Source: an uncultured Chloroflexia bacterium (GTDB taxonomy: Bacteria; Chloroflexota; Limnocylindria; QHBO01). Taken from it: a stretch of DNA of 64,000 nt. The notes below the pieces were generated by a model, which saw only the letters and a list, made by a program, of their open reading frames with translations, made no database searches and had not been told where the DNA came from. How positions within the stretch are numbered: the first letter of the stretch is position 1; the number at the start of each line of letters is the position of its first letter. The stretch is taken from contig CAVYSK010000001.1 of assembly GCA_963771155.1 (NCBI GenBank), positions 20,457 through 84,456 of the forward strand, written 5' to 3'. A program made the translations under genes and the position numbers. This document shows positions 32,025 through 40,041 of this stretch, in pieces.

Positions 32025-32900
32025 CTAATTGCTGATGTGCTCCTCGGGCACGACGATGAACGTCGTGTCCGCCACGCCCTCAGCGTACGGTCCAGCATTC
32101 GGCAGGCAACAGAGGGTGAAAGCGCCCGGGCGAGCCAGGTGGCTGCTCCGGGCGAACCCGAGGATTTCGCCCGCGTCATCGAACGCGATGACTGCGGCGA
32201 TCGCCACGTCATCCCCATCCCATTGAGCGATCGCATGGACGAGGATCGAACCATCCCCGACGCCCTCAAACCCGCGGGGCGTGACGGTTGCCTGCCACGC
32301 TGGGGGTCCATTGGCCGCGACCGACTGGGGAGCGAAGTCGACCAGCATCACGTCCTCGGCCGAGGCGGCCGACGGTTCGCCGGCAGCGAGGTAGTAGCCG
32401 ATCTGGCCGGGTGCCAGGCGTCGTGGGAAGCCGCTGAACCGAAGGCCGTCCTCGTCCGACACGATCACACCCGACGAGCTCTGCAGAGTACCGCGGAGCG
32501 AGGCTCCCAGCTGGGGGTCATTCAGGAAGACCCAGTCGTCGCCTGTATTGCGCACTTCCACGACCACCTGCACGCCACCGCCCGCATCGTCCACGACCTT
32601 GGTGCGCAGGACTTCCAACGGCCCGTCGCGCGTGTCCAAGGGACTCGGCTGCGACTCGACCAGCGAAGGCAGGCGCACCAGTCCGCTCCCGATCGCGATT
32701 GCAGACCCAAGCATCGCGACGAGGAGCAGGATCGCGGCAAGGAGAACCACCAGCCCGCCGGGGACTCGCCGACCCTCCCCGCTACCGATGCGAGGAGCGA
32801 GCCGGCCGACGGCAGACTCGAGCGATGACGCTGCGAGAGCGGCTCGCCGACTCTCGTCATCGAGGAATGCGCCCAGTCGGTCGTCGAAGTTGCCGGTCAT
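32025..32900 (-). CDS. Membrane-anchored protein, putative anti-sigma factor
   Basis: Overlaps stop of ECF sigma (ATGA); short N-terminal helix, one TM, extracellular domain. Confidence 0.6.
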   Translation of the reverse strand: MTGNFDDRLGAFLDDESRRAALAASSLESAVGRLAPRIGSGEGRRVPGGLVVLLAAILLLVAMLGSAIAIGSGLVRLPSLVESQPSPLDTRDGPLEVLRTKVVDDAGGGVQVVVEVRNTGDDWVFLNDPQLGASLRGTLQSSSGVIVSDEDGLRFSGFPRRLAPGQIGYYLAAGEPSAASAEDVMLVDFAPQSVAANGPPAWQATVTPRGFEGVGDGSILVHAIAQWDGDDVAIAAVIAFDDAGEILGFARSSHLARPGAFTLCCLPNAGPYAEGVADTTFIVVPEEHISN

Positions 32901-33454
32901 GACTCGTCCTCCCCGAGATCCGCCTTAAGCCGTTGGCGGGCCAACCGCAGGCGAGAGCGCGTCGTCTCGAGCGCCGCGCCCATGAGCTCGGCCGTCTCGG
33001 CGATCGAGTAGCCGAGATGAAGGTGGAGCACACAGGCAGCCCTCTGTTCAACTGCCAGCGCCCCGAAGGCGGCACTCAATGCGATGCGCTCCGCGGTCAT
33101 CTCTGGCGAAGGGTCCGCGAGCAGTTGCCCCTCTTCGTCGGTCGCGCGCGAGGACAGCCGCGTCCACCATGGGCGCCGGTTCATGCGGATCGCTTCGCGA
33201 ACGACGATCCGGTCGAGCCACGCACGCATCCGACCTCGGTCGACCAGCGAGGCGCGTCGGCGCCACGCCTGTTCCATCGCCGCCTGGACGGCATCCTCCG
33301 CGGGTACTCCGACATGGCAGATCAGGGCGGCGAGTCCCGTCATCCGCTCGTAGTGCGAACCGAAGAAGTCCGCCAGTTGATCTTCGAGGCTCGGCGCCTC
33401 ACCCGCGACGAGCTCGGTCGGGGTTGCCGGCATTGGCTCGATTCTCCTACCCAT
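32897..33454 (-). CDS. ECF RNA polymerase sigma factor
   Basis: AEDAVQAA, AWLDRIVVREAI, QRAACVLH..GYSIAETAELMG..TTRSRL. Confidence 0.88.
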   Translation of the reverse strand: MGRRIEPMPATPTELVAGEAPSLEDQLADFFGSHYERMTGLAALICHVGVPAEDAVQAAMEQAWRRRASLVDRGRMRAWLDRIVVREAIRMNRRPWWTRLSSRATDEEGQLLADPSPEMTAERIALSAAFGALAVEQRAACVLHLHLGYSIAETAELMGAALETTRSRLRLARQRLKADLGEDES

Positions 33455-33561
33455 CAAGGAGATAGAACCCCAGCGCGAGGGTAACGGGTCAACATTGACA
33501 TCTCGTTGCAGCAAGGCGAGAGCGAGCGGATCATTGCCCGGTCGGATCGGTGGGCAACAGA

Positions 33562-33654
33562 AGCCGCCGCTATCCCGAATTGCTGATCCGTCCCGCGAGC
33601 AGGGCGGCCTACGCTGGACGGCAGGCGTAGTCTGGAGGTTCTAGTCGCGTCGGT
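33562..33654 (+). repeat. Palindromic island repeat copy 1 (right arm degenerate)
   Basis: AGCCGCCGCTATCCCGAATTGCTGATCCGTCCCGCGAGCAGGGCGG. Confidence 0.8.
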
Positions 33655-33671
33655 CACGTGGGAGGTGAGGC

Positions 33672-34139
33672 TTGCTCATCTTCAAGGCGCTCCACGTCCT
33701 GTCGATGTTCGGAGCAGTGACGCTGCTGGTTGGCGAGGCGCTGATCTACGCCCGCGCTGTTTGGCGAAGTGACGTTCCGGGGCTCGCCGGCGCCCATCGT
33801 CTGGTGGGCGGCAGACCGGTGATCGGTGCTGCACTCCTCATGGCGGGCATCGTCTTTGGTCTGCTGACCGCTTTGACCGGAGGTTTCAACTTCCTCGCGG
33901 GCTGGCTGATCGCGGCCTACGTTCTCGTGGTGGCGCTGCTTGCGCTCAACGCCTCGCCCTGGGTTCAGCGACTGCCCCGGCTTGGCGCTGAGGCGGCCGA
34001 CGCCGAAGCGGGACGACGACCACCGGAAGATGTCATCGCCGCGATGGTCGCGATCCGGAACAGCACGATGATCGTCGTGGGCCTGAATGTGGTGCTGTTC
34101 GTGGCGATCATCCTCGACATGGTCCTCAAGCCGTTCTGA
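33672..34139 (+). CDS. DUF2269-like membrane protein
   Basis: FKALHVLS, GWLIAAYVL, ends DMVLKPF; GGAGG RBS. Confidence 0.8.
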   Translation: MLIFKALHVLSMFGAVTLLVGEALIYARAVWRSDVPGLAGAHRLVGGRPVIGAALLMAGIVFGLLTALTGGFNFLAGWLIAAYVLVVALLALNASPWVQRLPRLGAEAADAEAGRRPPEDVIAAMVAIRNSTMIVVGLNVVLFVAIILDMVLKPF

Positions 34140-34166
34140 AGGAGGGCCATGTGGCGGGCATAGCGA

Positions 34167-34241
34167 AGCCGCCGCTTCCCGACTTGCCGATCCGTTCCGC
34201 TAGCAGGGCGGTCGCAGACGTTGCCGGGCTTCGCGGCGGCT
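34167..34241 (+). repeat. Palindromic island repeat copy 2 (full)
   Basis: AGCCGCCGCTTCCCGACTTGCCGATCCG...CGGGCTTCGCGGCGGCT. Confidence 0.88.
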
Positions 34242-34285
34242 CCGCTGTACCGTGAGGCACCAAGACCGAGTTAGCAGGTGTCCAC

Positions 34286-34384
34286 TTGCCTGATCCGTGG
34301 GTGTGGTTCACGGCCGCCGTACTGGCGGCAATCATCGTGGTCGTAAGGAGCGCTCTGAGCTGGTTTGACAGGCGGCGACGGTAA
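34286..34384 (+). CDS. Putative small single-TM peptide (start uncertain)
   Basis: LPDPWVWFTAAVLAAIIVVVRSALSWFDRRRR*. Confidence 0.4.
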   Translation: MPDPWVWFTAAVLAAIIVVVRSALSWFDRRRR

Positions 34385-34393
34385 GGACGCGGA

Positions 34394-34408
34394 AGCCGCC
34401 GCTACTCG
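34394..34408 (+). repeat. Palindromic island repeat copy 3 (left arm only)
   Basis: AGCCGCCGCTACTCG. Confidence 0.55.
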
Positions 34409-34427
34409 GGCGCGAGGCTCATCGTGC

Positions 34428-34875
34428 CTAGCGGCGCCCTCGAAAGGCGAGGAGCGACGTGAGCACCAACAGCAAAGCGGCGAGCCCGACGAGGAGGAGC
34501 TGCCAGGCGGCGGGCGAGGCGACATCTTGGCCCGCTCCCGAGCCGGGAGGCCGCCAAGCGGCCGCGACCGCAGAGGTGGTCATCCCGCTGCCGTCGCCGA
34601 ACTCGATGCAGAGCATGCGCGCCATTCTCGGTCCGCTGGGACGCTGATCGGCCGTGACCCAGATCATGCCGACGCGGTTGGCATCAGGCGTCGAGAGGTC
34701 CGACAAGCCAAGGGCCGCCATTGAGGTAGTGCCGACGTAGGCGTACGCATCCGCCACGCACTCTGGAAAGGGCGGTACCGCGGCGTCGGCCGCGTCGAAC
34801 GGCGCCCGGAACTGCGACGGCGCAGCCGCCGAGCGCGGCGGCGAGGAGGCCGGCGAGGAGGACTCGCATGGTCAT
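34428..34875 (-). CDS. Hypothetical lipoprotein-like protein with C-terminal TM (frameshifted)
   Basis: MTMRVLLAGLLAAALGGC; C-terminal WQLLLVGLAALLLVLTSLLAFRGRR. Confidence 0.55.
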
Positions 34876-34905
34876 CTTCCGCCGACTGTCTAGACGCACA
34901 CACGA

Positions 34906-34978
34906 AGCCGCCGCTATCCCGACTTGCCGAACCGTCCCGCTAGCGCTCAGGAGGCGGGTAATGGGCTTCGCGGCGGCT
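34906..34978 (+). repeat. Palindromic island repeat copy 4 (full)
   Basis: AGCCGCCGCTATCCCGACTTGCCGAACCG...GGGCTTCGCGGCGGCT. Confidence 0.88.
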
Positions 34979-35001
34979 CGAGCGTTAGGGCGGAGGTGTC
35001 T

Positions 35002-35256
35002 TCAGGTCTGAGCGAAACAGGCAGCCAGATCGCCGTGGAACTCCGCGACGTGGCTATAGACATTGGCCCCCGCCGGTCGCGAGTTGTGCGCGAAGTCCTG
35101 GGCCACCGCCGAGCGATGGGTCCCGCCGCCACCGTGCGCGAAGAAGGACGAGAACTGGCCCACGCAGCCAGCGCTGTCACTTATCGCTAGTGCGGACGCC
35201 GCACTTGCGAGCATGAGGGCTGTTGCCAACAGGATTGCCGCGAGCGTCTTTCGCAT
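35002..35256 (-). CDS. Small secreted protein with two Cys
   Basis: Signal peptide MRKTLAAILLATALMLASAASALA; GGGGAG RBS. Confidence 0.7.
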   Translation of the reverse strand: MRKTLAAILLATALMLASAASALAISDSAGCVGQFSSFFAHGGGGTHRSAVAQDFAHNSRPAGANVYSHVAEFHGDLAACFAQT

Positions 35257-35401
35257 GGCTCGAACTCCCCTACGCAGGCGGGTCGGGTTCGCCAGTGGCT
35301 CGACGCGGTCCCGGCGGCCATGACTGTAGGGCCGCGCGTCAGCGCCTCCCGTCTCTTCGTGTCGGCAACTTATTCCCACAGGTCAAGCAGGCAAGCACCA
35401 G

Positions 35402-35454
35402 AGCCGCCGCTATCCCGACGCACCCTCCCCACCGAACAATCCGGGCTATCGCGG
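35402..35454 (+). repeat. Palindromic island repeat copy 5 (short variant)
   Basis: AGCCGCCGCTATCCCGACGCAC...CGGGCTATCGCGG. Confidence 0.75.
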
Positions 35455-35489
35455 AGTGTGGTGTAGCCAGGCGGGACTATCCTCGTCGC

Positions 35490-35951
35490 ATGGATGCGTC
35501 CCCGAGCGCAACCGGTGCAGCTGGCATCGAAATCATGAATCAGATGATCGATCGGTGTCTGACGGCGATCGACGCGCTGGACCGCAAGCTCGCCCTTGTC
35601 CCCGCTGCACTCGGTGTTCTCGCGGCGCTCCTGCTACCCGATCCACTGCGCCATCCGGTTCAGTTGCAGCTTGCCGCCGGCGGCGGTGTTCTAAGTGTCG
35701 TGGCAGTCGGCTTCGCGCTCTTGGGGCTCTCAGGACGTCAGGTGAGTGTCGGACCGGACCCGGCAGGACTCACGGCTCGTTTCGGTGACACGCTCGAGCA
35801 GTTCTATGTCGACGTTGCTGGGGCATTGACCGTGACCCTGGAGGGACTGCGAGACTCCACGGCCGAGAAAGCCTGGCATCTCAACATAGCGCTCGTCGCC
35901 TCGTCCGCCGCAATGCTCCTGTTTTTGAGCGCCCGCCTGCTAGCTCTCTAA
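35490..35951 (+). CDS. 3-TM membrane protein, layout reminiscent of Pycsar-effector-like proteins
   Basis: IDALDRKL + 2 TM + GPDP loop + helix + EKAWHL + TM. Confidence 0.6.
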   Translation: MDASPSATGAAGIEIMNQMIDRCLTAIDALDRKLALVPAALGVLAALLLPDPLRHPVQLQLAAGGGVLSVVAVGFALLGLSGRQVSVGPDPAGLTARFGDTLEQFYVDVAGALTVTLEGLRDSTAEKAWHLNIALVASSAAMLLFLSARLLAL

Positions 35952-35972
35952 TCGAACGAGGAGGAAGCGAGA

Positions 35973-36083
35973 ATGCCACCCGAGCCGAAGGAGAAACCGA
36001 AGCCGACTCTTGGTCCCAAACGCCCGCCACTCGAGACCTTCACCATCACACGTCACAAGCCCTTGAAGCCCAAGACTCATTAG
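35973..36083 (+). CDS. 36-aa Pro/Lys-rich peptide
   Basis: GAGGAGG RBS; MPPEPKEKPKPTLGPKRPPLETFTITRHKPLKPKTH*. Confidence 0.55.
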   Translation: MPPEPKEKPKPTLGPKRPPLETFTITRHKPLKPKTH

Positions 36084-36146
36084 TCGTGGCGACCTTCGCC
36101 GACGGCAAGATCATCGGCCTTAGCGAGCCTTACACCCCTTAGGGAG

Positions 36147-36220
36147 AGCCGCCGCTATCCCGACTTGCCGATCACCCCGTTAGCAGGGCGGCCGGAGACG
36201 TTGCCGGGATTCGCGGCGGT
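36147..36220 (+). repeat. Palindromic island repeat copy 6 (full)
   Basis: AGCCGCCGCTATCCCGACTTGCCGATC...CGGGATTCGCGGCGGT. Confidence 0.88.
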
Positions 36221-36256
36221 CGGACCGGAGTTGGTCAGAGACCCCTTGTCGAGCGG

Positions 36257-36703
36257 CTACTTCTTCGCTTCCTCGACGTAGGGTCTACGCCAGTCCGCCG
36301 CTTAAGGGCGCAAAGTAGGAGTCTCGCGCCAGATCTTGCCATCCCGCACGATGACTAGGCCAACGAAGTGCCACAGCCCGCCGTCCGCGTAGGTCACGGT
36401 GCCCGTCACCGTGAACTCGTCGCCGGACCCCGTCAGGTGCACAACCGACCAAGCCGGCCAGCTTGAGCGCGGGACGAACTGGTCGTCGGTGCCGGTAATG
36501 TGGCCGACCGATGGCCGGATGACCGCTTCCTCTCTAGCCGGATACCCCTCGAGAACGGCTCTGCGGTTCGTCCTGCCTCGGATGTGCTCGCCCGATTGCG
36601 GGTAGTGGAGGACATAGTCGTCGTGAACCAGGGCATCCTGTGTGTCGAAATCATCGACCGAGGTCGCCTGCGCGTAGCGCTCGACCAGCTGGCGGTTGCC
36701 CAT
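36257..36703 (-). CDS. SnoaL-like / NTF2 family protein (premature stop near 3' end; error or pseudogene)
   Basis: HDDYVLHYPQSGEHIRGR, VRDGKIWRET; AADWRRPYVE continues after TAA at 36302. Confidence 0.78.
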
Positions 36704-36761
36704 GTGTCCGCCAGTCTACCGACGGGGGCAAGCCAGCAGGAAGGCGGGCCGCGACGGATGC

Positions 36762-36837
36762 GGGCCGCTATCCCGACGCACGTCCCCGGTCCCCTAGGCC
36801 CCCCGACGGACTACTTGCCCAGCTTCGCGGCGGCCCG
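36762..36837 (+). repeat. Palindromic island repeat copy 7
   Basis: GGGCCGCTATCCCGACGCAC...GCTTCGCGGCGGCCC. Confidence 0.75.
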
Positions 36838-37105
36838 GAAGCGAGGTTGCTTACGCGGCGTTTACCGCACCCTTGCTACGGTGCGGACGAGCCGGCGGTT
36901 CAGCTGCGTTCCCCCCGCAGTCGGTCCGCCGGCTCATTCGTTCCCCCCGAGTGCCGACTGGAAGTGCACCGAACGTGCCGTGGTGAGGCGTTGGGCGGAC
37001 ACTAGGCGGGAGCCGCACTGCCTGCTTGACAGCGGTGCGTATAGTCACCATCCGGCTCGTGCCCCGACAAGCCTGCCGCCGTAGGTGCCCAGTTGGGAAC
37101 GGGTC

Positions 37106-37201
37106 ATGGAACTCCTGGTCTTGCGCCAAGCGGCGATGCTGTTGCTCTTGTTCGCACTCATTGCGCTGACCTTCGTGGTGATGCGCGTGACCCAGCGATG
37201 A
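37106..37201 (+). CDS. 31-aa hydrophobic peptide
   Basis: MELLVLRQAAMLLLLFALIALTFVVMRVTQR*; stop overlaps next start (ATGA). Confidence 0.5.
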   Translation: MELLVLRQAAMLLLLFALIALTFVVMRVTQR

Positions 37202-37419
37202 CCCTCCGAACGCTGCGGCTGGAGTGTGCCGACTTCTGGGTCGAGGTCCGCCTGGCCACTTTCGACGGTCGCTGGATGGCCTCCGCCGACACGCCAGACG
37301 GTCCGAGTCTGGGGCTGGGTTGGCAGCCGCTCGAGGCGTTGGAGATTGCGCTCGATCCATTCGACTGCGTGGTCCCCGAACTGCTCGGCAGCCTGCCTGA
37401 CGTGCTGTATTGGCGCTAA
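37198..37419 (+). CDS. Small hypothetical protein
   Basis: MTLRTLRLECADFWVEVRLATFDGRWMASADTPDGPSLGLG. Confidence 0.65.
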   Translation: MTLRTLRLECADFWVEVRLATFDGRWMASADTPDGPSLGLGWQPLEALEIALDPFDCVVPELLGSLPDVLYWR

Positions 37420-37486
37420 CTCGCCTGTACCCAATACTTGCTCCATGGCAGGAAAGGGACTGACCGAAGCATGGCGTGGGGCGATG

Positions 37487-37520
37487 GCCGCCAAGCCGTC
37501 CGACTGGACGGCTTGGCGGC
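37487..37520. terminator. Strong hairpin between tRNA 3' end and converging small ORF
   Basis: Perfect 15-bp stem GCCGCCAAGCCGTCC/GGACGGCTTGGCGGC; no U-tract. Confidence 0.6.
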
Positions 37521-37562
37521 GTCGTGTGCGGACCGCGAGAGGTCGTGCTCAAAAGCGTGTTG

Positions 37563-37639
37563 TGGTGGGCGACACTGGACTCGAACCAGTGACCTCTTGC
37601 ATGTCAAGCAAGTGCTCTAACCAGCTGAGCTAGCCGCCC
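37563..37639 (-). tRNA. tRNA-Val(GAC)
   Basis: GGGCGGCTAGCTCAGCTGGTTAGAGCACTTGCTTGACATGCAAGAGGTCACTGGTTCGAGTCCAGTGTCGCCCACCA; cloverleaf, anticodon GAC, CCA end. Confidence 0.97.
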
Positions 37640-37712
37640 AGGAGCAGGTCGCGATCGTATCAGACCTCCTCGCTGAGCGCGAACCCCGACACATGGTCCA
37701 TTGCGCTCGTTG

Positions 37713-38846
37713 TCACGACTTCGCGAGCGATGCCTCGAAGAGCTCCCAGCTCCCAGGCACACCTCGCAGGACGACCGAACCGAGTGGGGCGAAGGCAAGA
37801 TCCGTCCCGGTGGCGAGGTCGCGCACCGTCCGCGTGACGAGGATCTGGCCCGAAGATGCCGTGCCGAGTACCCGGGCGGCAATGTGGACGCCGATGCCCC
37901 CGATGCCGTCCTCGTGGCGCTCGACTTCGCCGGTGTGAATGCCGGCCCGAATGTCGATGTCCAGCTCGCGCAGCGCGGTTAACAGATCGAACGCGCACTG
38001 CAGCGCGCGGGTCGGGGTATCGAAGGTGGCCATGGCGCCATCGCCGGTGAATGCGAGGTGCTGGCCCATCCACCGGCTCACCTGGGTGCGAACGATCTCG
38101 TGGTGGCGGTCCAGCAGCTTGCGCCAGGCGCGGTCCCCGATCGTGGCCGCCCGCCCCGTGGAGTCCACGACATCGGTGAACAAGATGGTGGCAAGGATTC
38201 GTTCGACGTCTTCGGCCGCCTGGAGCGAGCGCACCTGCTCGTCCGTCCACGAGAACTCCTCGACATACGGACCCGTGGGGATCTCGTGCTCCGGCTGGTA
38301 CGTCAGCAGCACGACGCCCGAGCTGAAGGTCCGCGAACCAACGAGGCGAAGGTGGTGGGTGTCGATCCGATCGCCGAAGAGCCGCTTCCCGCTGCCCAGG
38401 ATCACCGGGTAGACCAGCAGCCGGTACTCGTCGACGAGGTCGTGCGTCAGCAGCTCGTCGACCAGCGTGGGGCTTCCGTAGACCAGCAGGTCTCCGCCGG
38501 TCCGCGACTTCAGATCGGCGACATGGCTGGCGACCTCGCCCGAGATGATCGTCGAGTTGTTCCAGGCAGCGCGCTTCAGCGAGTTGGACACGACGTACTT
38601 CGGAATGCTGTTCACGCGCTCGGCCAGGTCACCGGTGACAGTCGGCCAGAAGGCAGCCCAGGTCTGCCATGTCCGACGACCGAGCAGGAAGGCATCCGCG
38701 GAGGCGACCTGCGCCGTGTTGAAGGCCTCGTCTTCCTCCTGCTGCACGCGCAGAGCCCACGCATTGCGTCCATCCCGGTGCTCGTCGAAGCCGGGGGCCT
38801 CGACGATGCCATCGACGGTCACGAACGCGGTGACGACCAGCCTCAC
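37713..38846 (-). CDS. RibD_C/DHFR-like domain fused to class III nucleotide cyclase domain
   Basis: VTVDGIVEAP, LLGRRTW, YGSPTLV, YPVILGSGKRLF; then LFTDVVDST, TGDG, RAGIHTGE, VHIAARV, LRGVPG. Confidence 0.88.
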   Translation of the reverse strand: MRLVVTAFVTVDGIVEAPGFDEHRDGRNAWALRVQQEEDEAFNTAQVASADAFLLGRRTWQTWAAFWPTVTGDLAERVNSIPKYVVSNSLKRAAWNNSTIISGEVASHVADLKSRTGGDLLVYGSPTLVDELLTHDLVDEYRLLVYPVILGSGKRLFGDRIDTHHLRLVGSRTFSSGVVLLTYQPEHEIPTGPYVEEFSWTDEQVRSLQAAEDVERILATILFTDVVDSTGRAATIGDRAWRKLLDRHHEIVRTQVSRWMGQHLAFTGDGAMATFDTPTRALQCAFDLLTALRELDIDIRAGIHTGEVERHEDGIGGIGVHIAARVLGTASSGQILVTRTVRDLATGTDLAFAPLGSVVLRGVPGSWELFEASLAKS

Positions 38847-38940
38847 TGAGCAAGACTACCCAACCCGCAGCGCCGGGCCCACGCCTTCCACGCTTGCTCA
38901 GCGCCGCTGCACAGGTGGGCGGATCCCACGTTAGGTCAGT

Positions 38941-39999
38941 TCAGCCGAACGTGAAGCAATACACCTCAACGCCGGCGCCCAGGAACTCGATCTCGAATCG
39001 GCGCTCCATGATCGGGCCAGGCTGACGAATCAGCTGGTAGGTGCGCTGCTCGGTCAGGCTCCCGCGGCCATCGGGTCCGACATCGGTCCCATGAGCGCCC
39101 TCGGCGATCTCGCCGTCGAGGAAGACCCGGAACCCGATGGCGTCGCTCTTCGACGCCGGTCCCATCACCAGGTTGACGTCACGAGCGTGAAACTCGATGG
39201 CGACGCGTCCGCCGGGCTCGCTCAGGATCGAGGCGTGACCGGCCACGTTCCAGGATCCGGAGAGGTCCCAGTGATTCAGGGGTAGCTGCCCCGCGGAAGC
39301 GTACGCGTGGGTCTCGTCGAACCTCGCGACGCCCGCCGAGGCGAAGCCGACGCTCTGGCGGTGGCCGAGATACGTCTCCGGCGATCGCACCGACCGCCAG
39401 TCGGCGGCGAGTTCCAGGCCGCGAGGCTCGACGTCGACCAGGTCCTCGCCGATGGCATCGGCGCCGGATTCGAGCAGGAGCTGCTGGATCGCCATCTCCG
39501 TCATGGCGTACTCGCCCTCGCCGAAGTGGTGGTACCGAATGCGCCCATCCGCGTCGGCGAGGTAGACCGCCGGCCAGTAGTGGTTGGCGAAGGCGGTCCA
39601 CACGCCGTACTCGCTGTCGACCGCGATCGGGTAGACGACGCCCAGCGCGCGCGATTGGGCCACGACGTTGTCGATGTCTCGTTCGAAGCCGAACTCGGGC
39701 GTATGGACCCCGACCACCGTCAGCCCGTTGTCGCCGTACGTCGTGGCCCACGCGCGAACGTACGGCAGGGTCCGCAGCCAGTTGACGCAGGTGTAGGTCC
39801 AGAAGTCGACGAGGACGACGCGTCCGCCAAGGGCGTCGGGCGTCAATGGCTCGGAGTTGAGCCACCCGGTTGCCCCTTCGAACGACGCCAGCCGTCCCTC
39901 GACCGGCAGGACAGGCTCGTCACCGGCGAGCCGATGGGCGACCGAGCGGATCAGGCTGGGTCGCTCAGGACGCGCGGGATCCGTGTTGTTGTCGCGCAT
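38941..39999 (-). CDS. DipZ-like thioredoxin/redoxin protein
   Basis: DFWTYTCVNW, GVHTPEF, NHYWPA, HHFGEG, SPETYLG, YCFTFG. Confidence 0.9.
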   Translation of the reverse strand: MRDNNTDPARPERPSLIRSVAHRLAGDEPVLPVEGRLASFEGATGWLNSEPLTPDALGGRVVLVDFWTYTCVNWLRTLPYVRAWATTYGDNGLTVVGVHTPEFGFERDIDNVVAQSRALGVVYPIAVDSEYGVWTAFANHYWPAVYLADADGRIRYHHFGEGEYAMTEMAIQQLLLESGADAIGEDLVDVEPRGLELAADWRSVRSPETYLGHRQSVGFASAGVARFDETHAYASAGQLPLNHWDLSGSWNVAGHASILSEPGGRVAIEFHARDVNLVMGPASKSDAIGFRVFLDGEIAEGAHGTDVGPDGRGSLTEQRTYQLIRQPGPIMERRFEIEFLGAGVEVYCFTFG

Positions 40000-40041
40000 G
40001 CTTCAGGACATCCGAGCCCGCTGCCTCGGACCGATCCGGGG

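Larger units (their letters stand above)
31293..37608. mobile_element. Genomic island integrated at tRNA-Val(GAC), no integrase visible
   Basis: Flanking 46-bp direct repeats, visibly lower GC, accessory cargo. Confidence 0.8.

Noticed and set aside
32008-32026. Eighth copy of the island repeat (GGCGGCTATCGCGAC)
   Set aside because: Too short and degenerate to distinguish from chance in GC-rich DNA.
33562-36837. Island repeats as a CRISPR array or canonical integron
   Set aside because: Intervals are 150-670 bp and contain genes, there are no cas or intI genes, and a GTTAGGG follows only one copy.
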